Shown here: positions 10,871-23,974 of the stretch, one piece after another | Position numbering within the stretch: position 1 is the stretch's first letter | Layout of the letters: the number at the start of each line of letters is the position of its first letter | Assembly (NCBI RefSeq): GCF_004010195.1 | Contig: NC_057760.1 | Span: forward strand, 488,408-538,589 | Source of the DNA: Chiloscyllium plagiosum | Taxonomy: Eukaryota | DNA length: 50,182 bases | Direction: 5' to 3' | Translations under genes and position numbers: made by a program | The notes under the pieces: model-generated | Told to the model about the DNA's origin: nothing | Seen by the model: only the letters and a program-made list of their open reading frames with translations | Databases searched by the model: none

Positions 10871-11207
10871 GTACGGCTGTAAGTGGCTGAATTAAGTTCA
10901 CAGCCAGAAAAGACGAAGATGTAAAATTCAAAAACAAAAATTAAAGCAAGGGTCTTTTCCCCAGGAAGGGGGTGTCCAAACCAGGGGACATAATTTTATG
11001 GTGAGAGCAGAAAGATTTAAAAAGGACATTTGGGACAACGTTTTCACACAGAGAGGGGCTCGCATGAACATCCAGAGAAACTGGAGGATGCAGGTACTAT
11101 TACAACATTTAAAAGACATTTGGATAATAGGAATAGGAAACGTATTGGGGGGGGGGGGGTAGGGATTTGGGCCAAATGCAAGCAGGTGGGACTATTTTGG
11201 GAACCTG

Positions 11208-11600
11208 GGAGAAAGTGAGATGCTGGAGAGTCAGAGTTGATAAAGCAAGGCAGTGGGAAACGCAAAGCAGGTCAGGCAGCATCTGAGGAGCAAGAGCATT
11301 GACATTTCTGCAGAAGGGCTATGCCCGAAACGTCGACTCTCTTGCTGCTCGGGTGTTGCCTGACCTGCTGTGTCTACGTTGGGAACATCGGAGAAAGTGA
11401 GGACTGCAAATGTTGGAGATCAGAGACGAGAGTGGGGTGCTGGAAAAGCACAGCAGGCCAGGCAGCATCCGAGGAGCAGGAGAGTCAACATTTCGGGCAT
11501 AAGCCCCTCATCAGGATTCCTGCTCCTTGGATGCTGTCGATTTTCCTGCTCCTTGGATGCTGCCTGGCCCGCTGTGCTTTTCCAGCACCCCACTCACGAC
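11208..11600. mobile_element. Two adjacent inverted-repeat PLE family A fragments with degenerate hammerhead motifs
   Basis: CTGCAGAAGGGCTATGCCCGAAACGTC at 11308-11334 (+), and GGAATC-CTGATGAGGGGCTTATGCCCGAAATGTT at ~11487-11520 (-). Confidence 0.7.
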
Positions 11601-12079
11601 TGTGTTGGGAACATGGTTAGTGTGGACTAGTTGGACTGAAAGTCTGTTTCCATGCTAAATTGGTGCCACTAAACCAACTGGGGGAAATAAAGGGGAGTTG
11701 CATCAATGTGATATGGATAAAACTGGGGTTTTCAATATATTTTCGAATTTGGAAGCAATGGGAACAATGAATTGATTTTCTCCGATATGTTTTTTCCATC
11801 TCTTAGATATATCAGAATCGTTTGTTTTTACAAGAATGACTACTTGAAAAACCAAGATGGCTGCAGGATTGATGCATGTTTTGAAAGCAAGTTACCTGAC
11901 CCTCGTTGCAAGCACTGTTTACACAGCTGCTTGTTCAAGCAATGGTTGAAGTGTGGTTGCCGTCAAACTGGAACTGAGGGGTCGTACACAGATGGAGATT
12001 TGGTTGGTTCAAGAAGCTGGTTGACTCGTGACCAAATATCGACGATACAGGTTTTCTGTTCGCCAACAATGAGGTGATG

Positions 12080-12420
12080 ATTCTCAGGCAGTTGAATAGT
12101 TTGGCAGCAAGAGGTATAGATGGAGTCAATGGATGGAAAGTTGGCTTGCGTGACAGACTAGGCTGTGTTCAAAACTCTCTATAGCTCCTTACGGTCCTGG
12201 GCAGAGCAGATGCCGTACCAAGCCATGATGCAGAAGATAGAATGCTTTCTCTGGTGCACCTGTAAAGGTTGGGTGAGAGTCTTTACTGACATGCTGAATT
12301 TCCTGAGCCTGCTGAGGAAGAAGAGGCATTGTTGTGTCTTCCTGACCGTCGCGTCACCGTGGGTGGACTTAGACAGATTGTTGGTGATCGGAGGAACTTG
12401 ATGTTCTTGACCCATTCCAT
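12080..12420 (-). mobile_element. Rex1/Babar-type LINE 3' RT fragment
   Basis: Minus-strand ITNNLS..H.DATVRKTQQCLFFLSRLRKF...CIMAWYGICSAQDRKEL matches the typical Rex1/Babar C-terminal RT motif. Confidence 0.7.
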
Positions 12421-12489
12421 TTCAGCTCGAAGAAGAGACAGAAGTCATCAGACCTCCACCAGCTCGGGTGTGCTCTCTGTACTTGACAG

Positions 12490-13200
12490 GAGAGTTATGG
12501 AGATGTACAGCACGGAAACAGACCCTTCGGTCCAACCCGTCCATGCCGACCAGATATTCCAACACAATCTAGTCCCATCTGCCAGCACCCGGCCCATATC
12601 CCTCCAAACCCTTCCTATTCATATACCCATCCAAATGCCTCTGAAATGTTGCAATTGTACAAGCCTCCACTACCTACTATAGCAGCTCATTCTATACACA
12701 TACCATCCTCTGTGTGAAAAAGTTGCCTCTTAGGTCTCTTTTATATCTTTCCCCTCTCACTCTAAACCTATGCCCTCTAGTTCTGGACTCCCCCAACTCC
12801 AGAGAAAAGACTTTGTCTATTTATCCTATCCATACCCCTCATGATTTTATAAACCACTATAAGGTCACCCTTCAGCCTCCAACAGTCCAGGGAAAACAGC
12901 CCCAGCCTGTTCAGCCTCTTCCAATAGCTCAAATCCTCCAACCCTGGCACCATCCTTGTAAATCTTTTCTGAACCCTTTCAAGTTTCACAACATCTTTCT
13001 GAAAGGAAGGAGACCAGAATTGCACGCAATATTCCAACAGTGGCCTAACCAATGTCCTGTACAGCCGCAACATGACCTCCCAACTCCTGTACTTAATATT
13101 CTGACCAATAAAAGAAAGCACACCAAACGCCTTCTTCACTATCCTATCTACCTGCGACTCCGCTTTCAAGGAGCTATGAACCTGCACTCCAAGGTCTCTT
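12490..13200 (-). mobile_element. CR1 LINE 3' fragment
   Basis: ORF 12777-13187: [19 protein letters not shown]...LERVQKRFTRMVPG, plus the 3' tail. Confidence 0.9.
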
Positions 13201-13696
13201 TGTTAAAACCTATTTCAAATAAAAAGAAAACCAAGTTTTATGTTTTCATCAGCAGTTGCTGTTATTGGATAAGTAAGAGACCTATAACAGGTGAACCAGC
13301 CCACCCTGTGCCTGCTGCAAACCAGTGAGAGATTCTGGAGAAGGACAATTGAGCAGCAGCATTCTGACTAGCGCAAGAATCTAACCTTCACCCGTAACAC
13401 CATGTTTTTCTATTCTTTTGCTTGTGTGTGTGTGTGTTTGAGAGAGGGGGAGTGTTCATAAAAAGATTTGTAATTAATAAAGTTATATGGTGACAGTTTG
13501 TAATTATTTACCTGCAGTGTCTGCATATTAGTAACAAATATTATTTTTTATTGAGTACAGTAACCTGGTCCATGCGTTCTGTCAAAAGACAGGGAATTTG
13601 GGGGAATGTAACATTGGTAACGACTCCAGAAATAGCAAGGCTTGATTTCCAGCATTTTTGTTATGGATCAGACTAGACCTCCACAAAAATATTACC

Positions 13697-14067
13697 TTGT
13701 AGAGGTTTACAAAATTATGAAGGGTATGGATAGGATAAGTAGGCAAAGTCTTTTCCCTGGGGTGGGGGAGTCTAGAACTAGAGGGCATAGGTTTAGGGTG
13801 AGAGGGGAAAGATATAAAAGAGACCTACGGGGCTACTTTTTCACACAGAGGGTGGTACGTGTATGGAATGAGCTGCCAGAGGAAGTGGTGGAGGCTGGTA
13901 CAATTGCAACATTTCAGAGGCATTTGGACGGGTATATGAATAGGAAGGGTTTGGAGGGATATGGGCCGGATGCTGGCAGGTGGGACTCGACTGGGTTGGG
14001 ATATCTGGTCGGCATGGACGGGTTGGACCAAATGGTCTGTTTCCATGCTGTACATCTCTATGACTCT
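13697..14067 (+). mobile_element. CR1 LINE 3' fragment
   Basis: EVYKIMKGMDR...TRGH...FFTQRVVRVWNELP and a tail ending ctctatgactct. Confidence 0.9.
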
Positions 14068-14267
14068 GGACCCTAACTTTTTCTCATTTTACAGGGAAAT
14101 GCAAAGAGCCTCAGATGCAATACTACTGGTACAACACCTTGATATTAAGCAAAACACAATTTATGTTGTGTTCAAATATAACCAAAGAAAAATGAATTTA
14201 GAATAACTTAATTCAGTTAACAGAATAATAGATACAGTCCTTATTACTAATTAACAATTCCAATATT

Positions 14268-14441
14268 CAGAGGAACCTCAATTATCCAAAGGACACAGGT
14301 GGGGAGTATTTCGTTCTGTTAATCGAATTCCGGATAATCAAATACTGGATAACATAGTTTAATCGAGCGTCGAGACCTCACAATCTTGCCGGATAATCCA
14401 ATATTCGGATAACCGAATGCTGGATAATTGAGGTTCCTCTG
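14268..14441. mobile_element. Tc1/mariner-pogo (Tigger-like) MITE
   Basis: Perfect 21-bp TIRs, cagaggaacctcaattatcca and tggataattgaggttcctctg. The right flank is TA, the left is TT. Confidence 0.8.
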
Positions 14442-15369
14442 TAGTAACATCCCAATAAACACATCCCTTGGCAAAAAGCAATATTCAGACACAGATTCTC
14501 ACATGCAGTTCTCCAATCCAGGAGGAAAAAAAACATCATCAAGAGAAAATTCGGAGGGAGTAGCAGCCAAAAGACATCCACTGAAGCCTCCAACTCTTTT
14601 GAGATCCCCAACTCCTTCTGGTGTTACTGAGAAAAAAAGACGAAAGCCAGAAATCGGATTGACGAGAGCTGGCCACACCTTTTCAGGATTTTTAAAAGAA
14701 AAACCCAAGGCCTCCCAAGCTGTTTACTCAAGAGGTCTTCAGCAGCCAGTTCATCACCTCTGCCTTACAACCTCTCTTCAAATAACCACAGGACAAATTA
14801 ACCTCTCAAAATGACAGCATCGTCAGTGAGGCATTATAATGTAAAATAGCTGCAGTTGTAAAGCATGCTGCCTCAGGGATTTTCAGAGTGCTATCCATTC
14901 ACAATTGAAGACCATCAAACAATGTAATGTCGCTCAATTGAAACAGGGTGAGATGAATCCAGGATTACTGGTAAATCAGAGGACTGTGCATGTCTGCAGC
15001 AGCCCGCCAGTACAGACAGTCCCTGGGTTATGAATAGATTCTGTTCCTAAGTATGTCCATTGGTCGACTTGTACACAAGTTGGAACACAATACACCACAA
15101 TATAAAATATCTGTTCCTAAATACAATTGAACATTCACATGTGACAGCCTTAAAATTAATCATAATATGGGATCTCGTTCATAAATACGAGCATTCGTAA
15201 GTCAGACCTTTTTAAATCAAGGACCCCCTGTATAAACAATAGCTATGAGATATTATTCAATTGGAGAGGGTTCAGAAAAGATTTACGAGGATGTTACCGG
15301 GAGTGGAGGTTTGTGTTGTAAGGAGATGCTGGGATGTTTTTCACTGCAGCCTAGAAGTTTGAGGGCAGA

Positions 15370-15950
15370 CCATTCTCCCTGTGTCTGCTGCCTTTCCTCT
15401 GGGTGCTCAAATTTCCTCCCGCAGCCCCAGGGATGTGCAGGTTAGGGTGGATTGGCCATGCTAAATTGTCCCATAGTGTCCAGGGATGTGCAGGTTAGGA
15501 TGGATTGTAGTGTCTCGGGCTGTGTAGGCGAGGTGGATTAGCCATGGGAAGTGTAGGTTGCAGCGATGGGATTGGATGCCATTGGGCGGGTCAGTGTGGA
15601 CTTGTTGGGCCAAGTTGCCTGTTTCCACATTGCAGGGCTTCCATGGTTTTGATGATTCTTATTGTGATTGTCCCATAGTGCCCAGGGATGTGCAGGTTAG
15701 GATGGATTGGCCACGCTAAATTGTCCCATAGTGTCCCATAGTGTCCAGGGATGGCTGTGCTAAATTGCCCTGTAGTGTCTCGGGCTGTGTAGGCGAGGTG
15801 GATTAGCCATGGGAAGTGTAGGTTGCAGCGATGGGATTGGATGCCATTGGGCGGGTCAGTGTGGACTTGTTGGGCCAAGTTGCCTGTTTCCACACTGCAG
15901 GACTTCCATGGTTTTGATGATTCTTATTGTGATTTATAGGATCATGAGGA
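15370..15950 (+). mobile_element. SINE 3' part with an internal ~165-bp duplication
   Basis: V-SINE body and tail; the segment starting tgtagtgtctcgggctgtgtaggcg occurs at ~15506 and again at ~15771. Confidence 0.75.
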
Positions 15951-16669
15951 GCATGGATGAGATGAACAGCATAGAATCATGGAATCCTTTCAGTGTGGAA
16001 GCAGGACATTCAGCTCATTGAGTCCACACCAACCCTCAGAAGAGCACCCCACCCCAATCCCTGTAACCCTACATTTCCCAGCACATCTGCAATATGTGTC
16101 TACAAGGCAATTGAAGAGAAGACTGAGCTGCAGCCACTATAGTATAGTTGGAGAGCTCCCCTCTCTCCTTCCCCTCCAAGTCTAAGCAGACCTACGCAGG
16201 TTAAGAGGGCAGAGGAAGACGCTAATGGGACCAAGGTACTCAGTTTTGTTTCGTTGTGATGGTTTAACCCTCTGCACGGACAATCTGGTGCAAATAGCAC
16301 ACTTTGCAAATGGAACTGGACCCGTCAATGGCACCAGCCGTTCACCTCTTTGGTGTCAGGAAGTAGGCTCAGTTGGACAGCACCCAGAAGAAATGGTGGA
16401 AGAGTCTCCTGGATGGGCCGAAGATAGAGATCCCCAATGGATCTCCAGAGGATACGATGGCACAACAGATCCCCTGCCCCCATATTGCATTTTGGTCCAA
16501 CAATGAAGCACAGGACTGATACAATTCATGGGAGGGCCTTGGGAAGTGTTGGAGCACAGAGGGACCTAGGGGTACAGGTCCCTAATTCGTTGAGGTTTAC
16601 GTCACATATAGACAGGGTGGTTAAGAAGAGGTTCGGCACACCTGCCTTCCTTACTCAGTCATATTGTCA

Positions 16670-17250
16670 CAGAATCATAGAGATGTACAGCAAAGAAACA
16701 GACCCTTTGGTTCAACCTATCCCCGTGCCAACCAGATATCCTCAATTAATCTAGTCCCATTTAGAGTCATGGAGATGTACAGCCCAGAAACAGACTCTTT
16801 AGTTTAATTTGTCCATGCCGACCAGCTATCCTAAATTTAATCTAGTCCCATTTAGAGTCAGAGAGATGTACAGCACGAAAACAGACCCTTTGGTCCAACT
16901 CGTCCATGCCAACCAGATACCCTAAAGTAATCTAGTGCCATTTGCTGGCACTTGGCCCATATCCCTCTAAACCCTTCCCATTCATATCTCCATCCAGATG
17001 CCTTTTAAATGCTGTCATTATACCAGCCTCCACCACCTCCTCTGGCAGCTCAATCCATACATGCACCACCCTCTACGTGAAAAAGTTGCCCCTTAGGTCC
17101 CTTTTAAATCTTTCTCCTCTCACCCTAAACCTATGCTGTCTAGATTTCCCTAGTCCCAAGGAAAAGACCTTGTCTATTTCCCCTACCCACGCCCCTCATG
17201 ATTTTATAAACATCTACAAGGTCACACCTCAGCCTCCGACGCTCCAGGGA
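16670..17250 (-). mobile_element. CR1 LINE 3' fragment with a triplicated ~90-bp terminus
   Basis: Reverse CR1 tail; the unit agagtcatagagatgtacagc...atctagtcccattt is repeated three times at 16670-16940. Confidence 0.85.
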
Positions 17251-17317
17251 AAGTTTTGAGTATAGGTGCTAGGATGTCATGTTGAGATTGTACAGGACAT
17301 TGGTGAGGCCTCTTCGT

Positions 17318-17658
17318 AGAATCCCTACAGTGTGGAAACAGGCCCTTCGGCCCAACAAGCCCAAACCGAACCTCCAAAGAGTAACCCACCCAGATCCATT
17401 CCCCCTACCCTATATTTACCCCTGACTAATGCACCTAACCTACACATCCCTAAACCCTATGGGCAATTTAGCACAGCCAGTTCACCCAACCTGCTCATCC
17501 TTGGACTGTGGGAGAAAACCAGAGCACCCAGAGGAAAGCCACGCAGACACAGGGAGAATGTGCAAACTCCACTCAGACAGTCGCCTGGGGATGGAATCGA
17601 ACCCGGGTCCCTGGCGCCGTGAGGCAGCAGCGCTAACCACTGAGCCATCATGCCACCC
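17318..17658 (-). mobile_element. Full-length V-SINE (HE1-like) inserted in a plus-strand CR1 fragment (~16505-18200)
   Basis: The reverse complement has the tRNA head (tggctcagtggttagc; ggttcgattcc), V-domain and LINE tail. The host LINE is split at gtgaggcctcttc / ttctgaaataatg. Confidence 0.85.
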
Positions 17659-18459
17659 CTTCTGAAATAATGTATCCAGTTCTGGTCACCCAGTTATAGG
17701 AAGGACATTATTAAGCTGGAAAGGGTTCGGAAGAGATTTACCAGGATGTTGTCGGGTATGAAAGGTTTGAGTTATAAAGAAAGGCTGGGACTTTTTTCCA
17801 CTGGAGTGTAGGAGGTTGAGTGTTGACCTGATAGAAATTTATAAAATATTGAGGGTTATAAACAGAATTGACTGTAGGTGCCTTTTCCCTAGGGTGGGGG
17901 ATTTCCCTAGGGTAGGGGGCCCAATTTTCATGCGAGAGGAGAGGGATTTAAAAAAGACGTGAGGGTCAAGTTATTTATACACAAGATGGTTCGTGTGTGG
18001 AATGAACTTCCTGAGGAAGTGGTGCACAGTTACAACATTTAACAGGTTAGGAAAGGTTTGGAGGGATATGGACTAGTTCAGTTTGGGGATTATGTTTGAC
18101 GTGGACTGGTTGGAACGAAGAGTCTGGGTGGGATACTGTACAGAGAGTCGATGTGGACTGAATGGGCCGAATGGCCTGCTTCCACACTGTGGGGATTCTA
18201 TGGTTCTGAAGCAAAGGGACCCCCCCAAGTGGGACGGTGAGCTCTGAAGCAGCCGATATAGAGTCCCTTTCCCCATCACCGCCCCACTGCAATATGTCTC
18301 CTCCTCCTCCTCTGCCCTCTCCCCATTGAGAGGTTGTGTCAGTTCTCAATCCAAAAGGGGAAAGTTAGTTTGAAAAGCAAAAGCTGGAAAACGAATATCT
18401 TGGGACGTACACGGCGAAATGAAGGATTTGGTTCGTTTGACTTTATTGGTCAGTGCATT

Positions 18460-19613
18460 AGACCACAAGACATAGGAGTGGAAGTAAGGCCATTCGGCCC
18501 ATCGAGTCCACTCCCCCATCCAATCATGGCTGATGGGCATTTCAACTCCACTTACCTGTATTCCTTAATTCCTTGTGAGACCAAGAATTTATCAATCTCT
18601 GCCTGGAAGACATTTAACGTCCCGGCCTCCACTGCGCTCCGTGGCAATGAATTCCAAAGGCCCACCACTCTCTGGCTGAAGAAATGTCTCCTCATTTCCG
18701 TTCTAAATTGGCTCCCTCTCTAATTCTAAGGCTGTGCCCACGGGTCCTAGTCTCCCCGCCTAACAGAAACAACTTCCCAGCATCCATCCTTTCTAAGGCA
18801 TGCATTACCTTGTAAGTTTCTATTAGATCTCCCCTCAACCTTCTAAACTCTAATGAATACAATCCCAGGATCCTCAGCCGTTCATCGTATGTTAGGCCTA
18901 CCATTCCAGAGATCATCCATGTGAATCTCCACTGGACATGCTCCAGTGCCAGTATGTCCTTCCTGAGGTATGGGCCCAAAACTGGACATAGTATTCTAAA
19001 TGGGGCCTAACCAGAGCTTTATAAAATCTCAGTAGCACATCGCTGCTTTTATGTTCCAATCCTCTTGAGATAAATGACAACATTACATTCGCTTTCTTAA
19101 CCACGGACTCAACCTGCAAGTCAACCCTCAGAGAATCCTGGACTAGCATTCCCAGATCCCTTTGTACTTTGGCTTTTCTCACTGTTTAGAAAATAGCCCT
19201 TGTCTGTATTATTTTTTCCAAAGTGCAAGACCTCACATTTGTTCACATTGAATTTCATCAGACTTTTTTTTAGATTACATTACAGTGTGGAAACAGGACC
19301 TTCGGCCCAACAAGTCCAAACCGACCCGCCGAAGTGCAACCCACCCATACCCCTACATTTACCCCTTACCTAACACTACGGACAATTTAGCATGGCCAAT
19401 TCACCTGACCTGCACATCTTTGGACTGTGGGAGGAAACCGGAGCACCCGGAGGAAACCCACGCAGACACGGGGAGAACGTGCAAACTCCACACAGTCAGT
19501 CGCCTGAGGCGGGAATTGAACCCGGGTCTCAGGCGCTGTGAGGCAGCAGTGCTAACCACTGTGCCACCGTGCCGCCCACAATTTCCTGGACCACTCTCCT
19601 AAACAGTCTAAAT
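18460..19613 (-). mobile_element. CR1/L2-group LINE 3' fragment interrupted by a near-intact SINE (19264-19577, minus)
   Basis: ORFs 18692-19182 ([26 protein letters not shown]). The SINE head ggcggcacggtggcacagtggttagc has intact A and B boxes. Confidence 0.85.
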
Positions 19614-19614
19614 C

Positions 19615-20215
19615 ATTGAGTATAGGAGTTGGGAGGTCATGTTGTACAGGACATTGGTTGGGCCAGTTTTGGAATACTGTGTTCAATTCTGGTCTCCCTG
19701 CTATAGGAAAGATGTCACAAAATTTTAAAGAGTGCAGAAAAGATTTACAAGGATGTTGCCGGGTTTGGAGTGTTTGAGCTACAGGGAGAGGCTAAATAGG
19801 CTGGGGCTGTTTTCGCTGGAGTGGCAGAGGCTGAGGGATGACCTTATAGAGGTTCATAAAATCACGAGGGGTATGGATAGGGTAAATAGACAAGGTATTT
19901 TCCCCAGGGTAGGGGAGTCCAAAACCAGAGGGCATGGGTGTAGGGTGAGAGGGGAACGATTTAAAAGCAACCTATGGGGCAACTTTTTCATGCAGGGGTG
20001 CTGCGTGTATGGAATGAGCTGCCAGAGGAAGTGGTGCAGGCTGGTATAATTAAAACATTTTAAAAAGGCATCTGGATGGGGGACATGAATAGGAAGGGTT
20101 GGAGGGATATGGGCCAAATGCCAGCAAATGGGACTCGATTAATTTAGGATATCTGGTCAGCATGGATGAGTTGGACCGAAGGGTCTATTTCTGTGCTGTA
20201 CAGCTCTATAATTCT
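19615..20215 (+). mobile_element. CR1 LINE 3' fragment
   Basis: QKRFTRMLPGLE..YRERLNRLGLFSLE and the 3' tail. Confidence 0.9.
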
Positions 20216-20312
20216 ATGAGAGATCAGTACATGACAACAGTACAAAAGCAAGGAAGAGATGCTAAAACTCTACAAATTTGGAGGATTGTGTTCACTTCTA
20301 AGCACCTTATTT

Positions 20313-20972
20313 AGAGTCATAGCGATGTACAGCACAGAAACAGTCCCTTTGGTCCAACCCATCCATGCCAATCAGATATCAAAACCTAATCTCGTCCCAT
20401 TTGCCAGCATTTGGCCCATATCCCTCCAAACCCTTCCTATTCATATACCCATCCAGATGCCTTTTAAATACTGTAATTGTACTAGTCTCCACCACTTCCT
20501 CTGGCAGCTCATTCCATATACATACTACTCTCTGCGTGAAAAAGTTGCCCCTTAGGTCTCTTTTATATCTTTCCCCCTCTCACCCGAAACCTATGCCCTC
20601 TAGTTCTGGACTTCCCCACCACAGGTGAAAAGACTTTGTCTATTTATCCTATCCATGCCCCTCATGATTTTATTAACCTCTATAAAGTTACCCTTCAGCC
20701 ACCAACGTTCCAGGGAAAACAGCCCCAGCCGAGTCAACCTCTCCCAAACCCTCCAACCCTGGCACCATCCTTGTAAATCTTTTCTGAACCCTTCCAAGTT
20801 TCACAACATCTTTCCGATAGGAAGGAGACCAGAACTGCACGCAATATTCCAACAGTGGCCTAACCAATGTCCTGTACAGCCGCAACATGACCTCCCAACT
20901 CCTGTACTCAATGCTCTGACTAATAAAGGAAAGCACACCAAACGCCTTCTTCACTATCCTATCTACCTGCAA
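20313..20972 (-). mobile_element. CR1 LINE 3' fragment
   Basis: ORF 20688-20972 [19 protein letters not shown], plus tail. Confidence 0.9.
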
Positions 20973-22036
20973 CTCAGGCAGGATATTAGAGACCTAGAGA
21001 GAGTTCAAAGGTGATTTATTTTGGAATGGTACCAGGAAAGAGAGATTTAAGACAGAAGGAAAGATTAGAGAACTTGGTGCTGTGAAGGGATGACCTTATT
21101 GAACATTTTTTTGACCAGATAAAGAAGGCTATTCTGTTTCCATTAGATGCTACGTCACACACAGAGGGTGGTGGGCATTTGGAGCGCGTTGCCAGCAGAG
21201 GTGGTAGAGGCAGGCACGGTAGATTCATTTAAGATGCGTGAGTAGGTGGGGAGTAGAGGGATACAGATGCTTAGGAACTGACCGAGAGGTTTAGACAGTG
21301 CATTTGGATCGGCTCAGGCTTGGAGGGCCGAAGGGCCTGTTCCTGGGCTGTAAATTTTCTTTGTCAACTAAGGGAGGTCACAATTTCACGACTTTCAGTG
21401 AGATGTCTTTACTCAAGAGTTCTGAAGATTTGCAATGCGCTGCTTGGGAGAGTGGTGCGGGTGGGTCCCATAGGATGTTTGAAAGGAGACATACATTTGA
21501 AAGTGATGGATTTGAGGAGACAGGGATGGGGAATGGGACTGGCTGGGTAGCTCTTTCAGCAATAGAAAAGCATAACTGTGAAATCCTTGTGTCCTTCACA
21601 GGTTTTGCCATGGAGAAAAGTTGCTTTGAGCTTAGGGGCAACAGTTTTTCAAGTCAGTAGCCAAACATAAACAACACAAAACTGAGAACAAAGATGGGGA
21701 GGGGGGGGGGTGTAGTGGGACAACATTTCATATTCAATATGATTTTCCCCTGATTCAAATCAGGCGACGCTGCTATTTTTTTTAAAGTTTGTAGGGAAAA
21801 TGAAACTTTTTTTTTGGAATGTAGAGGGGGACGAATTGGTTTATTCTCTTTCTGGGGAGGGTAGCAAATACAAAAGGGGGGGAAAGGTTGTTAGGCTGGG
21901 AATTGCTGAGGGAGGGTTTGGCAATGACCGGGCGTAGGTTTTTTTTTCTTTAGCCACTCCTTCATGAGTTTTCTCCTCATTTTCCCTCCCCCTCCCGAAA
22001 GCAACGAAACTTCTCCAGCCAGGATTGGGCGCTAAA

Positions 22037-22160
22037 ATGGCGAAAGCCTACGATCATCTCTTCAAACTGCTGCTGATCGGGGATAGTGGGGTGGGAAAGA
22101 CCTGTCTGATCATCCGCTTTGCCGATGACAACTTCAACAGCACTTACATCTCCACCATCG
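22037..22160 (+). CDS. RAB13: RAB13 exon 1 (124 nt; small GTPase N-terminus with P-loop)
   Basis: [41 protein letters not shown]+G followed by donor G|gtgagt. It differs at about two positions from the recalled human RAB13 N-terminus, and YDHL/CLII distinguish it from RAB8A/B. Exons 2-8 were not found. Confidence 0.93.
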
Positions 22161-22775
22161 GTGAGTCTCTGCCTCAGGATAGAGAGAGAGAGAGACACAG
22201 ACACACACACACAGAGAAACTTTTCCCCCCTCTCTTCCCTCCCTGTCTCTCTCTCTCTCTTTTCCCTCTGACTTTCTGTCGACCGCTTTCTTTGTGAGAA
22301 ACGCTGGTTTATCTGAAGGCAAAACAGATTCCCCCCCCCATCCCATCCCATCCCACCTTTTAGAAAGAAAATGTTTCTTTCAGAACAGGACAAGTTGAAA
22401 GGTTTCTTTCGAAATCAAAGGTTGCCTGATGTTTCTTCCTGGGTGAGACAGACTGGGACCTCTGATTCATTTTTCTCTGGATAAAACTGATACTTGATTT
22501 ATTTTCCTGCCTCCTCCTCCCTTCCTGCCTGGTTAGCCCAGCTCTCTTTGTTTACTTGAGTTTGACCGGCTGCCCGTATCTCTGTCTCATCAAACTCACC
22601 CCCACTGGTGACTGTGTGGTATGATTTGAGGGAGGCACATTTTTTCATTGGTATGATTTTAGTGGGGCACGGTTGGTATTGAGAGGGGACACCCTGGCGC
22701 ACACCTATATGTCGCACACAGCATCCCCCCCCATCCTGTACCCTCAACCCATTCCCCTAGACCCCATTCCATTTG

Positions 22776-23160
22776 GGTGGCGCAGTGGCTCAGTGGTTGG
22801 CACCACAGCGCCAGGGACCTGGGCTCTATTCCACCCTCAGGCAACTGTTTACATGTTTCCCCCCACCCCCATGTTTTGCATGGGTTTCTTCTGAGTGCTC
22901 TGGTTTCCTCCCCCAGTCCAAAGCTATGCAGGTTGAGGTGGATTGGCCATGCTAAATTGCCCTGTAGTGCTCAGGGATGTGCAGGTTAGGGTGGATTGGC
23001 CATGCTAAATTGTCCCATAGTGCCCAGGGATGTGCAGTCTAGGTGGGTTAGCGGTGGGAAACGCAGGGTTACAGGGATAGGGTAGAGGGGTTGGATGCTC
23101 TTTGAAAGGACCTGATGGGCTGCATGGCCTGTTTCCACACTGCTGAGATTCTCTGATTCC
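22776..23160 (+). mobile_element. V-SINE in RAB13 intron 1
   Basis: Degenerate tRNA head, V-domain, duplicated 53-bp internal unit and LINE tail. Confidence 0.8.
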
Positions 23161-23974
23161 ATGAACGAGTGGGGTGTGAGATCCTGACGGCCGACCGTTT
23201 CCGCCTAGCGGTCTGGAACGAGGAGGGAAGCACGTTTTAACCCTAAAAGCAGATGGAAAGACATCTTTTCTCTCAGAGGGTCGTTGGTCCTCCCTGGAAT
23301 GAGGCAGGGGCAGGATGTATTTAAAAGTAGAGCTCAATAGCTTCTGACTAACCAGGGAGGCAGTGGGTACAAAGAGGTGGGGGGGGGGGGGGGGTAAGCT
23401 GTAATGTGGTGTCGAGGCTGCAGTTAGCTCTGTGATCTTCGTGGCTAGGAGAGCAATCGGGTGGCCTATACCCTGCTCCTCATGTATAGGTCTGTGAGGA
23501 AGAGGCTACACTGTACAGTGTGCACCTTAATTTCCTAATGATTCTGCAGTTGTCCTCTTGCTTGGAGGTGTGTGAAATCACTTTCTGCTGCAGAACCAAA
23601 ATGCGTTACCGGCGCAGTGCTGAGGGAGTGCCGCGCTGCCAGAGGAGGGGGGGGGCGGGCATGTATTTCGGAAAAGCCGTCAAACTGAGCAGTCTGCAAC
23701 GTCGGTTGGAGGTTATGCATCACGTGGCATTCCCGGGAGAGGGTTTGGGGGTTCTCCCTGGTCAGTATTTCATCCATCTAAAACAAAAAGCCCAGTTTAC
23801 CTGGACATTTGTTGGATCTTGCTGTGCACGGTCTGACAAGCCGGTTTGCCCTCCACTGTTGGCATTTCTAGCATTACGACATTTCCTCGATAGTGCCAGG
23901 CTCTCTGTGAATATGTGTACCAGGCAGATATTTCCAGTGGGAGTGCCGTCCAGTCAGAGAGCACGGGCAATGTC

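Noticed and set aside
19500..19577. tRNA-like sequence with A and B boxes (also at other SINE heads)
   Set aside because: Continues directly into the V-domain and LINE tail, so it is a SINE head rather than a tRNA gene.
22161..22297. Extension of the RAB13 ORF ([11 protein letters not shown]...)
   Set aside because: Read-through past the canonical donor at 22161 into an intronic microsatellite.
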